A stretch of 64,000 nt of DNA from Gemmatimonadota bacterium (GCA_003220795.1 QHTK01000044.1:14673-78672); one strand, 5' to 3'; shown: positions 20,764 to 32,055, counted from the stretch's first letter. Notes: generated from the letters alone by a model not told the origin. Numbers and translations are program-made.

Positions 20764-23139
20764 CTATTGCGCCGTCAGCTGTAAGCTATTGAACAGCAAC
20801 GGGTAAGTGGCGATGCTCTGGCCGCGGTACTGGGGCCGGAACCCGAACAGCACCACCCGGCCGGACCCCTGCTTCACCTCGACGAGAGCGGCCTTGCCCG
20901 CGATGCGCTCGGGGTGCAGCACCCAGCCGGAGAGCAGCACCTTGTCGGCATCGGTCGGGTAGCGGCCGATGACCCGCACGGCGCTGGAATCGAGCGCTTC
21001 GAACGCCGGACCACCTTCATACCAGGCGACGCTCTGAGCCGGCATCCCACGCGCCAGCGGCGCGGCCGTGTCGAGTTCGAGACGAAAGATCGATCCCGGG
21101 GCATAGAACTCGTCGTCGGCCACGCCCGCCAGCACGTTGCGCACGGGGAGCAGCAGCTGCTCGGCAGCGAACCGGCTGGCGTCGTTGAGCGCGACCAGCG
21201 TCCCGCCGTCCTGCACGAACTGACGCAGCGCCTTGACTCCGTCCGCGCCGAGACCGCCCGCGTACGGGGCGGGATACTCGTGTGGCAGGCCGTTGAGCAG
21301 CTCGTCGGGCGCCTGATCGGGCAGGATGATCACGGTGAATTGCGCAGCGAGCTTGCCGGCGCGCACCACGGAGTCCACCACGGAGACGTACGGTACGTGC
21401 CACGTGTCGAAGACCCAGCGCGTCCATCCCTCGTCCATGGAAGCGTCGTACGAGCGGTACAGCCCGATGCGCGGGCCCTCCGGGCCGGCGACGCCGCTGT
21501 AGGCTGGGGTGGTGGCGGGCGGCTCGACGGGCGCTGAGAGGCCGATCCGCAGCGAGTCGCGCGCCGGCACGGCCGTCACGCCCATAAGGAGCGGCAGCGT
21601 GTGGGCCGTGACGTCGTACGGGGGCAGGGGCGGACCGGCTGGGTAGAGCCGCAGATCGGGATAGTGCTGCGGCTCGAGCAGGGTCTTGGCGAACGCCGCA
21701 TACGGCTGCCGCAGCACCACGACGTAGCTCCCGGCGGCATAGCGCTGCCCGGCGAGCGTGACGGGGTGGAGGGCCGTGCGGATCTCCACCTGCCCGCGAT
21801 GCAGGATCCCGAGCAGCGTCGCGAGCCCCACGGTGTCCCGCTGCTGGCGGGGGATCACGTACGCGTACGGCCAGCCGCGCCAGCCGTGCACGCCGCGCTC
21901 CTCCACCGTGAGGAAGTTGGCGAGCCAGATATCGCGGTACCGCGCCGCGCTCTCGAGCAGAGCGTAGGCGGCGTCGGTCTGGTAGCTCACGATGTCGCGC
22001 AGCGTCCAGCGGCCACCGGGCCACGGGTTGGTGAAGTTCCAGGAGCGCTCGCGCGGGTTGAAGCCGCGCGCCCGAGTCGCGAGGTGGTCGAACGGAATGT
22101 CGATCGGCGAGGCCAGATTGGCGCTCGCCGCCTCGGAGAGAATGCGCACGCCCCCGTGATAGTGCTGGTAGGCGCGGGCGGGCGTCCACGCGTCGTAGAT
22201 CGCATTGATCGAGATTCCCGTCTTCCCCTCGCCCGCGAGCTGCCACGCCATGTCGGCCCCCAAGGCGTTCACTCCGTCCACGAGCAACGGGTCCACGTTC
22301 GGCTCGACCGGGTCGAGGTAGGGAGGCAGAAAGAGTCGCGAGCCGTCCGTGTCCTGCTGGTGAATGTCGTGCACGATCTCGGGATGCCACACGTTGTGCA
22401 GCGAATCGACCACCAGCTGGGTCTCGACCTGCGTGAAAGCGTACCAGTCACGATTGTTGTCGTGTCCGGCGTAATGGTGGTACAGCTCGGGCGGGTCGGT
22501 GCCTTCGGCGGCCGTGCCGAGCGTGCGGTTGTACCAGTGCGTGACGATGGAAACGCCGTCCGGGTTGAGCGACGGCACGAGCAGCAGAATCACGTTGTCG
22601 AGGATCCTGCGGGTGGCGGCGGCGGTGTCGCTCGCGAGGCGGTAGGCGAGCAGCGCGGGCGTCAGGTGCCCGCCCACTTCGTTCGAGTGAATGCCCGACG
22701 TGATGAGCACGATGGCGCGGCCGTCACGCAGCGCCTCCTGCTGCTCGCGGCCGTTGTGGATGATGCGCGGGTCGGCGAGCCGGGCGTTGAGCTGCCGGTA
22801 GCGCTCGAGGCTCTTCAAGTTGGACGGACTCGAAATCACCAGCGCGACGAGCGGCACGCCCAGCGTGGTCTTCCCCAGCTCGCGGTAGCGCACCCGGTCG
22901 CTGGTCTGCGCCAGCGCCTGGTAATAGTGCAGTAACGCCGGCCAGTCGGCGAGCTTCCGGTCCTCGCCGGGCTCGAAGCCGAGGATCGATTTGGGAGTCG
23001 GCACGCGGGAGCCGGTAACGGGGGCAGGCGGGCGCGGCTTCGCCGCCTGCCGCGGCCGGTGGCGCTGCTGCGCGGCGAGCGCCGCGGGCAGGGCGACGAG
23101 CCCCGCCGCGAGCAGGGCGACGAGCGCGCGCGGCGCCAC
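20764..23139 (-). CDS. M14 family zinc carboxypeptidase-like secreted protein with C-terminal GATase-like domain
   Basis: GIHSNE, NPDG, DNNRD, HDIHQ. Start GTG 23139 or CTG 23148, which overlaps the upstream stop. Confidence 0.85.
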   Translation of the reverse strand: MAPRALVALLAAGLVALPAALAAQQRHRPRQAAKPRPPAPVTGSRVPTPKSILGFEPGEDRKLADWPALLHYYQALAQTSDRVRYRELGKTTLGVPLVALVISSPSNLKSLERYRQLNARLADPRIIHNGREQQEALRDGRAIVLITSGIHSNEVGGHLTPALLAYRLASDTAAATRRILDNVILLLVPSLNPDGVSIVTHWYNRTLGTAAEGTDPPELYHHYAGHDNNRDWYAFTQVETQLVVDSLHNVWHPEIVHDIHQQDTDGSRLFLPPYLDPVEPNVDPLLVDGVNALGADMAWQLAGEGKTGISINAIYDAWTPARAYQHYHGGVRILSEAASANLASPIDIPFDHLATRARGFNPRERSWNFTNPWPGGRWTLRDIVSYQTDAAYALLESAARYRDIWLANFLTVEERGVHGWRGWPYAYVIPRQQRDTVGLATLLGILHRGQVEIRTALHPVTLAGQRYAAGSYVVVLRQPYAAFAKTLLEPQHYPDLRLYPAGPPLPPYDVTAHTLPLLMGVTAVPARDSLRIGLSAPVEPPATTPAYSGVAGPEGPRIGLYRSYDASMDEGWTRWVFDTWHVPYVSVVDSVVRAGKLAAQFTVIILPDQAPDELLNGLPHEYPAPYAGGLGADGVKALRQFVQDGGTLVALNDASRFAAEQLLLPVRNVLAGVADDEFYAPGSIFRLELDTAAPLARGMPAQSVAWYEGGPAFEALDSSAVRVIGRYPTDADKVLLSGWVLHPERIAGKAALVEVKQGSGRVVLFGFRPQYRGQSIATYPLLFNSLQLTAQ

Positions 23140-23144
23140 GCGGG

Positions 23145-25250
23145 TCAGCGCAAGGTGCCGGCGGCGGGCGGCGTCTCGCCGCCGCCGAGCCAGTGCGCGA
23201 ACCAGGTACGGATGCGCTCCAGCCGGTCCACGAGCAGCCACGGCGGGCCGGTACGCGACAAGCCGTGGTACGAGCGCGGGTACCGCACGAACTCCGCCGG
23301 TATCCCCCGCTTGCGCAGCATGACGAACAGCTGCTCGCCGTCCGTGACGGGCGTGCGCCGGTCGTCTTCGGAGTGCACGATGAGCAGCGGGGTGCGGATG
23401 CGCGTCGCGTAGGTCATCGGGGAGAGTACGCGGTACAGCGAGTCCGCCTCCCACGGCGGCCCGGCGAACTCGTAGTCCGTGAGGCCCTGAGCGTCCGACG
23501 AGCCGTACCACGAGTACCAGTCGTAGATCGAACGATCGGTCTCCGCGGCCGCGAAGCGGTGCGTCTGCCCCACCACCCAGTTGGTCATGAAGCCGCCGTA
23601 GGAGCCCCCGGCAACGCCCAGGCGCGTCGTATCCACGCCGCCCCGGGCGATCGCGACGTCAACCGCTTTCATCAGGTCCTGGTAGTCTTCCATCCCCCAC
23701 CGCCCGCGCGTCGCGAACGTGAAGTCGTGCCCGTACCCGCTCGAACCGCGCGGATTGACGAGCAGTACCCAGTACCCCTGTCCCGCGAGCAGCTGCATCT
23801 CGGGGAAGAACACGTTGCCGTAGTTCCAGTGCGGGCCGCCGTGAATGTACAGGATCAAGGGGTAGCTCTTCCCCGAGCGGTAGCCGTAGGGGCGCATCAC
23901 AAACGCCTCGATGGCGAGCCCCCCCACACTCGTGAACCAGAACGTGTCGGCCGGGATCGTCACCAGCTGCGCGAGCAGCGAGTCGTTGAAAGACGTGAGC
24001 CGCTTCTCGGGCCCGGCCCCGGCGCGCCCGAGCGGAGCGACGAACAGTTCCGCCGCGTGCGTGGCGTCGCTCGCCGAGTAGGTGAGCCATTTCCCGTCAC
24101 GCGTGATCGCCGGTCCGCCGAGCTGCCGCTCGCCGGTCGTGATCTGGCGGACGGTGCCCCCCGTCGCCGGCGCCGCGAACACGTGAATGTTGCCGCGCGT
24201 CTCGGCACTGAAGTACACGGTCTTCGAGTCCGGAGACCACGCCGGTCCGGACGGATCCAGGGCCCAGGTGCTCGTGACATTGCGCACGGCCCCGCCCGCC
24301 GCGGGCATCACGCACACGTCGTTCTCTTCACCGCGACCTTTGGAGCAGATGAAGGCGATGGCGTTGCCGTCGGGCGACCAGGCTGGCGCGAAGTTCTCAA
24401 CGTAGGGCGTCACGAGTCGGCGCACCGCGCCGTCCGCCACATTGAGCACATGCAGCTGTGGTCGGACCTGGCTCCTCACCTCGCTCGTGTCGGTCGAGTC
24501 CTGCACGAACACGATCGCCCGACCGTCGGGAGACCAATCCGGCGCCCGCTGGCTCAAGTCGCCGCCGGTAAGCTGCTTGGGCTCGCCGCCGCCCGTTGGC
24601 GCGAGGTACAGGTGGCTGGCGCGACGGGTCTCGCGCGGCGGCACGAGCCCGCGCTCATCCTCCACGAACGGCAACGACGTGTACACCCGGCCGTCGAACC
24701 GCTTGGGGTCCGGCCCGCGGGTGATCGCGCTCGGCGACACCCGGCTCCGCCACGAATCCTTCTTCATGCTGTCGGGCTCCGGGCCGCGCCAGCTGTACAA
24801 CAGCCACTTGCCGTCGCCTGAAAACAGCGGGAGCGCGTGGACACCCCGCACCTGGAACGCCTCGCCGCCGGGCGCCCAAGTCCGCAGAAACCACACGTCG
24901 TCGTCGAACCCCTCGCGCTTGCTCGTGAAGGCGAGTAGCGAGCCGTCCGGGGACCAGACCGGATTGGACGCCTCGGTGGCCGGGCTGGTGTAGCGGAACG
25001 CGGGCGCCGAGCCGTCCGCGGGCGCCATCCAGATCTCGGAATGGCGCCGATCATTGTCTTCCACGACCGTCGTCACGACGAAGGCGATGCGCCGCCCGTC
25101 GGGCGCGGGCCGCGGCTCGCCGACGCTGGTGAGCTTGTAGTAATCCGTGGCCTGGAAGGGACGGGGGGAAGATTGGGCGGACAGGCGGTCAGGCGGACTG
25201 GCGGTCAGAAGGCCAGTCGCGACGAAGGACGGCAGCCAGCGGGCTTTCAT
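23145..25250 (-). CDS. S9 family (prolyl oligo/acylaminoacyl) peptidase
   Basis: WSPDG propeller repeats, IHGGP, GGSYGG, HSEDD, H in YHGL. ATG 25250 precedes a signal peptide. Confidence 0.93.
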   Translation of the reverse strand: MKARWLPSFVATGLLTASPPDRLSAQSSPRPFQATDYYKLTSVGEPRPAPDGRRIAFVVTTVVEDNDRRHSEIWMAPADGSAPAFRYTSPATEASNPVWSPDGSLLAFTSKREGFDDDVWFLRTWAPGGEAFQVRGVHALPLFSGDGKWLLYSWRGPEPDSMKKDSWRSRVSPSAITRGPDPKRFDGRVYTSLPFVEDERGLVPPRETRRASHLYLAPTGGGEPKQLTGGDLSQRAPDWSPDGRAIVFVQDSTDTSEVRSQVRPQLHVLNVADGAVRRLVTPYVENFAPAWSPDGNAIAFICSKGRGEENDVCVMPAAGGAVRNVTSTWALDPSGPAWSPDSKTVYFSAETRGNIHVFAAPATGGTVRQITTGERQLGGPAITRDGKWLTYSASDATHAAELFVAPLGRAGAGPEKRLTSFNDSLLAQLVTIPADTFWFTSVGGLAIEAFVMRPYGYRSGKSYPLILYIHGGPHWNYGNVFFPEMQLLAGQGYWVLLVNPRGSSGYGHDFTFATRGRWGMEDYQDLMKAVDVAIARGGVDTTRLGVAGGSYGGFMTNWVVGQTHRFAAAETDRSIYDWYSWYGSSDAQGLTDYEFAGPPWEADSLYRVLSPMTYATRIRTPLLIVHSEDDRRTPVTDGEQLFVMLRKRGIPAEFVRYPRSYHGLSRTGPPWLLVDRLERIRTWFAHWLGGGETPPAAGTLR

Positions 25251-25350
25251 GCGGTGCTCAAGCGGTTGCGGGACGGAGAAAACTATGCGCTGGGGCCCAC
25301 CGACGCGACGGGCGGTCAGCAAATGCCGACCGCCCGACCGCCCGACCGCC
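25176..25350. repeat. Oppositely oriented 8-bp tandem arrays (GGCGGxCA at 25176-25208; CCGACCGC at 25326-25350)
   Basis: Directly visible. The first array lies in frame in the S9 signal region. Confidence 0.6.
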
Positions 25351-25362
25351 CCACCCCTGCAG

Positions 25363-26952
25363 TTAGGGCAGCTTGTGCAGCTCCACCCGCCGGTTCTGCG
25401 CCCGGCCCCCGGCCGTGGTGTTGGGAGCGATGAATCCGCTCGCCCCGTACCCCTTCGCGACCATCCGCTCGGGGGACACACCCTTGCGCGCCAGGTACGC
25501 CCGCACCGAAGCGGCCCGGGCCTGCGACAGCCGGACGTTGAGCGGTGCCGATCCCGTGTTGTCGGTGTAGCCCGCGATCTCGATCCGGATCTCCGGATTG
25601 GCGACCAGCGAGCCCGCCACCTGGTCGAGCACGGCGTAGGAATCGCGCGTCAGCGCCGACCGGCCCCACTCGAAGTTCACGCCCCGCAGAATCAGCGTCG
25701 GCCGGGCCGGCGCGCCGGGTGCGCCTGGCACGATTTCCGGTTGGAACAGGATGATGCAGCCGTTGGCATCCACCTTGGAGCCGGCGGGCGTGTTGGGGCA
25801 CTTGTCGCGGTCGTCCGGGACGCCGTCGCCGTCCGAGTCGCGGATCAGCTGTCGCGGCAGCGGGCAACCGGCGGTGTCGACGGGCGTGCCGGCGGGCGTG
25901 TTGGGACACTTGTCGAGGCCGTCCGGCACGCCGTCCAAGTCCGAATCCATCGGGCAGCCCTTCGCGTCGACGAGCGCGCCGGCTGGCGTGTTGGGGCACT
26001 GATCGAGCCCGTCGGGCACGCCGTCTTTGTCCGAGTCCGACGGGCACCCCACGGCGTCCACGGTCGCGCCGGCGGGGGTGTTGGCGCATTGATCGATGCC
26101 GTCGGGCACGCCGTCGCCGTCCGAGTCGAGGGGGCAGCCCTTCGGGTCCACGTGCACCCCGGCCGGGGTGTTGGGACACTGATCGATGCCGTCCGGCACG
26201 CCGTCCGAGTCGGAGTCGGCAGGGCAGCCGCTCGCGTCGACGGTAGCGCCGGCCGGCGTGCCCGGGCACTTGTCGAGCCCGTCATACACGCCGTCCTTGT
26301 CCGAGTCCGTGGGGCAGCCGCGCGCGTCGACCGTGGCCCCGAGCGGCGTGTTGGGGCAGGCGTCTTTCTTGTCGGGGACGCCGTCCTTGTCCGAGTCCTG
26401 CGGCGGCCCGCCCAGATGGAAGACCGAGAGGCCCGCGGTAACGACGACATGCGTTGCCGTGGTGGATCCCACGGCGTACTTGGTGCTGGGCACGTAGACG
26501 CCGCGGCCTTCGACGCGCAGCGCCACGCGCGGCGTGAGGAAGATGCGGGCGCCCGCGCCGCCGTGGACCGCGTTGTCGGTGAAGCGGTACGGCGCCCGTG
26601 TGCCGAAATCGAGCAGCGAGTAGCCCCCCAACACGTAGAGCATGAGGCGGCTGGCGTGAATGGCGTTGAACACCAGGCTGGCGCTCCCGATGAGCGGCTG
26701 AAGTGTGGTGGGCGTGCCGCTGGGCGCGACCGTGTATTGCGGCTGGAACAGCACGTCGGCCTCGAGCCCGACCGCATCACCGAAGAAGTAGCCGAGCCGG
26801 CCGCCCCCGCCCAGCTTGTTCGCGAGCCCGAGGGCGGCGTCGTAACGGGTATAGCCGCCGAAGGCGCCGGCCTCGAACTGTCCGGCGTGCTGGGCAGCGA
26901 GATTCGCTGCCGGCAACATGACCAGGATCGCCAGCACCCCGAAGCCTCTCAT
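25363..26952 (-). CDS. OmpA family protein: beta-barrel, 7 TSP3-like Ca-binding repeats, OmpA C-domain
   Basis: DSDxDGVPDxxDxCPNTP repeats, IAGYTD, LSQARA, NRRVEL. Confidence 0.92.
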   Translation of the reverse strand: MRGFGVLAILVMLPAANLAAQHAGQFEAGAFGGYTRYDAALGLANKLGGGGRLGYFFGDAVGLEADVLFQPQYTVAPSGTPTTLQPLIGSASLVFNAIHASRLMLYVLGGYSLLDFGTRAPYRFTDNAVHGGAGARIFLTPRVALRVEGRGVYVPSTKYAVGSTTATHVVVTAGLSVFHLGGPPQDSDKDGVPDKKDACPNTPLGATVDARGCPTDSDKDGVYDGLDKCPGTPAGATVDASGCPADSDSDGVPDGIDQCPNTPAGVHVDPKGCPLDSDGDGVPDGIDQCANTPAGATVDAVGCPSDSDKDGVPDGLDQCPNTPAGALVDAKGCPMDSDLDGVPDGLDKCPNTPAGTPVDTAGCPLPRQLIRDSDGDGVPDDRDKCPNTPAGSKVDANGCIILFQPEIVPGAPGAPARPTLILRGVNFEWGRSALTRDSYAVLDQVAGSLVANPEIRIEIAGYTDNTGSAPLNVRLSQARAASVRAYLARKGVSPERMVAKGYGASGFIAPNTTAGGRAQNRRVELHKLP

Positions 26953-26993
26953 GCGAGCCCCTGCGCGTCTAGGCGTCTGCGCGTTGTGTGCGT

Positions 26994-28436
26994 CTAGGGT
27001 AATTGGTGGAGCTCCACCCGCCGATTCTGCGCGCGCCCCTCGACCGTGGTATTCACCGCGATCGGATTGCTTGCCCCGTACCCCCGGGCGACCATGCGCG
27101 TAGGCGTGACGCCCTTGCTCACCAGATACGCACGTACCACCTCGGCGCGCGCCTGGGAGAGCCGCAGGTTCGTGGCCGCCGAGCCCGTGCCGTCGGTGTA
27201 TCCCGCGATCTCGATCCGGATCGCGGGATTCGCCACCAACGACTGCGCCACGATGTTGAGCACCGTGAAGGATTCGAGCTGCAGCACCGCTCGGCCTGGC
27301 TCAAACGTCACCCCGCGCAGGATGACGGGCGTCCGCTCCGGCGTAAACAGGATCACGCAGCCGTTCGCGTCCACGCGGCTGCCGGGCGGCGTGCCGGGGC
27401 ATTTGTCGCGGTCGTCGGGCACGCCGTCGCCGTCGGAATCCTTGAAGCGGGGGCACCCGGTGCTGTCCACTTCAGTGCCGGGCGGCGTGTTGGGGCATTT
27501 GTCGATTCCGTCCGGGACGCCGTCCTTGTCGGAATCGAGCGGGCATCCGGCCGCGTCGACGATCGCCCCGGTGGGGGTGTTCGGGCACTGGTCGATCCCG
27601 TCCGGGACTCCGTCGCCGTCGGCGTCGGTGGGGCAGCCCTTGGCATCCACGTGCGCGCCGACGGGCGTGTTGGAGCACTGGTCGAGCCCGTCGTACACGC
27701 CGTCATGGTCCGAGTCCATCGGACAGCCCTTGGCATCCACCCGCGCACCCACCGGCGTGCCGGGGCACTGATCGATCCCGTCGTACACGCCGTCGTGATC
27801 CGAGTCGATCGGGCACCCGTGCACGTCGACCGTGGCACCGAGCGGCGTGTTGGCGCAGACATCCCGTTTGTCCGGCACCCCGTCGTGGTCCTCGTCCGCC
27901 AGCGTCCCCGCGCCGGTGAAGATCGACAGGCCGAGCGAGCCCACCAGATGACCGGCCCAGTCGGTGCCGGGGAAGCCGCTATTGGGCGCGTAGAGGCCGC
28001 GGACCTCGACCCGCAGAGCCGCGTGGTCACCCAGAAACAACCGTTCGCCGATCGCCCCGTGGACCGCGGCATCGGTGAAGCGGTACGGCGCCCCGCTCTC
28101 GAAGTCGAGGCGCGAGTAGCCGCCGAGGATGTAGAACAGGTGGCGCGCGTTTCCGAAATTGAGGCTGAGGCTCGCACCGCCCAGCGTCAGCGAGGGCGAG
28201 GCGGTTCCCGTGCTGGGGCGCAGGTCCTGGTAGCCGGCGTCGAGTTCGGCGCCGACGACGTCGGTAAAGAAGTAACCGAGCCGTGCGCCGCCGCCCACGC
28301 GACTCTCGAGCCCGAACGTCTTGTCGTAGTGCGTGAACGAGCCGAAAGCGCTGAGTTCGAACTGATGCGCGCGTTGCGCGCCGGCGGTGCCGACGGCAGT
28401 CGTAAGCGCCAATCCCAGGATCGCGAGCGTGCGCAC
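26994..28436 (-). CDS. OmpA family protein paralogue with 6 TSP3-like repeats
   Basis: Same architecture as the neighbouring gene, ending NRRVELHQLP. Confidence 0.92.
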   Translation of the reverse strand: MRTLAILGLALTTAVGTAGAQRAHQFELSAFGSFTHYDKTFGLESRVGGGARLGYFFTDVVGAELDAGYQDLRPSTGTASPSLTLGGASLSLNFGNARHLFYILGGYSRLDFESGAPYRFTDAAVHGAIGERLFLGDHAALRVEVRGLYAPNSGFPGTDWAGHLVGSLGLSIFTGAGTLADEDHDGVPDKRDVCANTPLGATVDVHGCPIDSDHDGVYDGIDQCPGTPVGARVDAKGCPMDSDHDGVYDGLDQCSNTPVGAHVDAKGCPTDADGDGVPDGIDQCPNTPTGAIVDAAGCPLDSDKDGVPDGIDKCPNTPPGTEVDSTGCPRFKDSDGDGVPDDRDKCPGTPPGSRVDANGCVILFTPERTPVILRGVTFEPGRAVLQLESFTVLNIVAQSLVANPAIRIEIAGYTDGTGSAATNLRLSQARAEVVRAYLVSKGVTPTRMVARGYGASNPIAVNTTVEGRAQNRRVELHQLP

Positions 28437-28487
28437 GAAACGGTCCCCCCCAAAGGCGTGGCCCTACGGTAATAAGTCGGGCTCCAG

Positions 28488-29915
28488 TTAGAAACCCCAG
28501 ACGCCTGATTTCCGCCGGCCCGTGCTCAAGTCGATCCCCCCGATGACGAGCGCGTGCCGCGCCCCGTCCGCCTCGCGCCAGGTGACGCCCGCCGGACCGA
28601 CCAGCGTGCCGCCGCCCTGTCCGGCGATGGTGGCCGCACCGACTGGCCCCGTAAACGGGCCGAGCGAGTCGCCGATCACTCGGGCGGCGATCGCTTCCGC
28701 CGCGTTCGTGGCGGCGCCTCCGTACATCCCGCCGACCAGCAGGACCACATCGCCCAGGTCGAGCGTGGCAAACTGCGAGCGGGGAGCGGGGAACAGCGTA
28801 GCGCCGGAGGCCCACGAGCCGATAAAGAAGCCCGAGATGAGACTCACGGGAGCCGTGTCGCTCGAGGCGAGCCGGGTGGTCGCGGCGTCGAGGCCGCCGC
28901 CCGGCGGGACGCTGTCCGCCACACCGCCGAACGTGATCGCGCGGTCGTCCAGGACGACGCCGCCGCCGTAGGCGCGCGGCGTCGGGAGCAAAGGCTGCCC
29001 GTACCACCCATCGATGTGCCCGTCGGCGGCGACGCGTCCGACGAACACGAAGCGTTGCGGACGCCCGAGTGAGTCGGTTCCGCCGATGACGTAGATCCGT
29101 CCCCGCCGCACCACTGCGGTCGCGCCTGCGACCGGGGTGGGGAGCGGCTCGATCGGCGCGAACCGCGCCGCGACGCCGTCGGGAGTGACGTCGGCGGCGA
29201 ACACGGACGGCTGCGGCCGGCCGGCGGAGTCGACGCCCCCGATCACGTACAGGGCGCTCCCCGTGAAGTGGGAGTTGTAGCGCGTGGCGACGGCAGCGGC
29301 GGCGAAGGCGCGCGGCACGGGGAGGGCCCGGCTCCGAACCGGGTCCGGGTTGTCTGGCTGCCGCACCCAGTCGGCGACCGCACCACCGGCCAGCGCGCGC
29401 GCGACGTAGACGCCGGAGTCGGGGATGAGACGCGCGCCGATCAGCTCGGCGCCACCCGCCGCGTACAACGTGGTGGCGACGACGTCGCCGGCGGCGATCT
29501 CCGCTGCCGCGGCGCCTACGCCGACGGGCGCGCTCGGGAAGGCGGCGCGCGGCTGCCAGCGCAGCGTATCCGTCACAAACGAGACGCGGGGAATCACGTG
29601 CACCGTGGCGGTGAGGTGGAGCCCGGCCGGCGTAGTCAGGGTGAGCGGTCCCGCAACCGCACCGTCCGGGACGGTGACACGGACCGCGAGGTCGCTCCAG
29701 CCGCCTGCCCCGACCACGGCGGCCGGGATGGTGCCGCCGCCCGCACCGGCGAAGGTGACCCCCCCCGTCGCCTGCGCGGCGCCGAACCCGAAGCCCTCGA
29801 TCACCGCCGTCCCACCGCGCTCCAGGATGGGCTCGATCGCGCCATCGACGTAGTCGATGCGGGGCGCGGCGTGCGCGGGCGGCCCGATCGCGCTGCCGCA
29901 CGCCCCGAGCAGCAC
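28488..29915 (-). CDS. Lipoprotein with IPT/TIG-like domain and Kelch repeats (true start probably slightly upstream)
   Basis: LLGAC lipobox, IEGFGFG, repeated LY(V)IGG and VPRAF Kelch motifs. Confidence 0.7.
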   Translation of the reverse strand: MLLGACGSAIGPPAHAAPRIDYVDGAIEPILERGGTAVIEGFGFGAAQATGGVTFAGAGGGTIPAAVVGAGGWSDLAVRVTVPDGAVAGPLTLTTPAGLHLTATVHVIPRVSFVTDTLRWQPRAAFPSAPVGVGAAAAEIAAGDVVATTLYAAGGAELIGARLIPDSGVYVARALAGGAVADWVRQPDNPDPVRSRALPVPRAFAAAAVATRYNSHFTGSALYVIGGVDSAGRPQPSVFAADVTPDGVAARFAPIEPLPTPVAGATAVVRRGRIYVIGGTDSLGRPQRFVFVGRVAADGHIDGWYGQPLLPTPRAYGGGVVLDDRAITFGGVADSVPPGGGLDAATTRLASSDTAPVSLISGFFIGSWASGATLFPAPRSQFATLDLGDVVLLVGGMYGGAATNAAEAIAARVIGDSLGPFTGPVGAATIAGQGGGTLVGPAGVTWREADGARHALVIGGIDLSTGRRKSGVWGF

Positions 29916-29934
29916 GGCCAGAGCCGGCGCGAGC

Positions 29935-32055
29935 TTAAGGGCGACCGTTCTCCCCCCGAACGAAGCGCACGGCCTTCGCGAGGTTGTCGGCGAGCTGCGT
30001 CAACTCGGTCGCGCCGTGGGTGAGCTCGGCAATCGCCTTGAGCTGCTCCGTCGCCGCGGCGGCCACGGCCTCGGCCTCCGCGGCCGACGCCTGAGCGCCC
30101 ACCCGCGCCTGTCCGAGCGACGTGCCGATGCGACCGGACAGATCCGCGATGCCGCGCGCCAGCTCGGCGACCCGTTTGCCGGCGCGGGCGGTACCCGTGG
30201 CCGCCGCGGCGATCTGGCTCAGGTCGGCGACCCAGGCGGACGACCCCTGGACGACCTCGGTCAGGTCCTCGCGGACTCGTTCGAGCAGCTGGGCGGCCTG
30301 GTCGAGGGCCCCGCGCGTGTCCTGCGCCGATTTGCCCACGGCGCGGGCCTCACGCCCGCTCGCCTCCGCGAGCTTGTGCACTTCGTCGGCCACCACGGCG
30401 AAGCCGCGCCCGTGTACGCCCGCGCGCGCCGCTTCGATCGTGGCGTTCAAGGCGAGCAGGTTGGTCTGGTTCGCGATGAATCCGATCGTCTCGGAGAACT
30501 TCTCCACCTGCTCGGCGACATCGCGCAGCCGCCGCACTTCGGACGCGCTTTGCGCGGTCGTCACGCCCAGTTCGGTGAGCCGGCGGACGGCGTCCTCGGT
30601 CGCGTGGCGCACCTTGTCGGTCGTCTTCTCCATCTCGGCGCCCGACTCGCGCGTCTGGTCCCCGGCCGTGGCGACCTCGCCGGCGTGCTGCTTGAGCTGG
30701 TCGGACTCGCGCGTCACGGCGCTCACCAGGCTCGCCGCCTGCTGGGCACCGTGGCTGGCGCGCTGCGCCGCCGCGGCCACCTCCTGGCTCGACGCATGAA
30801 TCTGCTGCGTCGTGGCGGTGAGCGTCTCGATGTAGCTGGTGGTGCGCTCGGAGGCGCCGACCACGGGCTGGACCGACGCCTCGATCGCGAGCATCAGGGC
30901 GAGCTGGGGCGCGAGCAGCGCCAGCACCTCCCCGTCGGTCTCGCGGTACATCAGGGGATCGGAGTGACGTACGCTCCACAAGCCGACGAGCTGGCCGGCG
31001 TGATAGAGCGGGACGAGCACCTCCGCGCCGGGGCGCTCCCCTCCGGGGACGACGACCTGGTCGGGCCGGAGGGCGTGCGCCACGACGGGACGCCGCAGCC
31101 GCACCGCCTCACCGGTCAGTCCGGCGTTCGCGTCGAAGCGGAAGCTGGTCCGGCCGCCGGCGGCGGTGTCGGCTACCAGCTCCATTTCGTTGGTGTGAGC
31201 GTCATACCGCGCAAACCCCATCTGCTCCCACGGCACCAGCCGGCGGGTGAGCTCCTGGATGCGCCCGAAGCTCTTCGCGAGCGAGATGTCCCGGGCGATG
31301 ACCTGCGACAGCCCTTGGATCAGGGCGAGCTCGTCGGCCCGCACCCCGAGCCGAATGACGTAGACGCTGGTCGCGGTCGCTGCGGCGAGGGCCGCCCCCA
31401 CCACCAGCGTCTCGAGCGGGGCGAGCCCGGCGTGGCTGAGACGCAGCCAGGCGAGCGCCAGCCCGACGGAGCAGGCGTAGACGATCGTCTCCCAGCGCGC
31501 CGTGAGCCACGCGTCCACCCAGGCGAGCGAGCGGCCGAGTGCGAGCTCGAGGTAAAAGGTGGCGTTGACGACGACGGGAAGGAGGGTGAGCAGCGCGACG
31601 AGCGGCCCGAGGTTGGCCGGGTCGAACGTATCCGGGCCCGCGACGCCCCCCAGTCGGTCGTACATGAGGCCGACCACGGCGGTGCCGGCCGTGAGGTGGG
31701 CGGCGTTGACGAGCGCCGCCCGCGGCGGCAGCCGCCGCAACATGAGATCGCCGGCCACCATCGCCGTCGGGCCCACCAGCACCGCGCAGGCCCAGCCGCG
31801 GTCGAGTACGGCGAACGCCGTGACGCCGAGGATGTAAGACGAGAAGCCGTTCCCGGGGAGCGCCACGCCGTAGCGCCGTGCCAGGGCGCCGATCACCACC
31901 AGCGTCGCGAATTCGGCGCCGAATCCGGGGCCCGGAACCGCCCGCCCGGCGACGTAGGCGGCCAGCGCCGCCGCCACGGCCCACACGGCGCCCAGCGACA
32001 CGAGCGCCCGCACCAGCACGCCGGGCGAAGGCTTGGGGCGAGGAAGGGGGCTCAT
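29935..32055 (-). CDS. Methyl-accepting chemotaxis protein with multi-TM N-terminus and GAF domain
   Basis: [36 protein letters not shown] motifs GLTGEAV and [11 protein letters not shown]. Confidence 0.9.
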   Translation of the reverse strand: MSPLPRPKPSPGVLVRALVSLGAVWAVAAALAAYVAGRAVPGPGFGAEFATLVVIGALARRYGVALPGNGFSSYILGVTAFAVLDRGWACAVLVGPTAMVAGDLMLRRLPPRAALVNAAHLTAGTAVVGLMYDRLGGVAGPDTFDPANLGPLVALLTLLPVVVNATFYLELALGRSLAWVDAWLTARWETIVYACSVGLALAWLRLSHAGLAPLETLVVGAALAAATATSVYVIRLGVRADELALIQGLSQVIARDISLAKSFGRIQELTRRLVPWEQMGFARYDAHTNEMELVADTAAGGRTSFRFDANAGLTGEAVRLRRPVVAHALRPDQVVVPGGERPGAEVLVPLYHAGQLVGLWSVRHSDPLMYRETDGEVLALLAPQLALMLAIEASVQPVVGASERTTSYIETLTATTQQIHASSQEVAAAAQRASHGAQQAASLVSAVTRESDQLKQHAGEVATAGDQTRESGAEMEKTTDKVRHATEDAVRRLTELGVTTAQSASEVRRLRDVAEQVEKFSETIGFIANQTNLLALNATIEAARAGVHGRGFAVVADEVHKLAEASGREARAVGKSAQDTRGALDQAAQLLERVREDLTEVVQGSSAWVADLSQIAAAATGTARAGKRVAELARGIADLSGRIGTSLGQARVGAQASAAEAEAVAAAATEQLKAIAELTHGATELTQLADNLAKAVRFVRGENGRP

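Noticed and set aside
25757-27897. Regular 90-bp repeats resembling a CRISPR array
   Set aside because: These are degenerate coding TSP3-like repeats of OmpA proteins, with no unique spacers and no cas genes.
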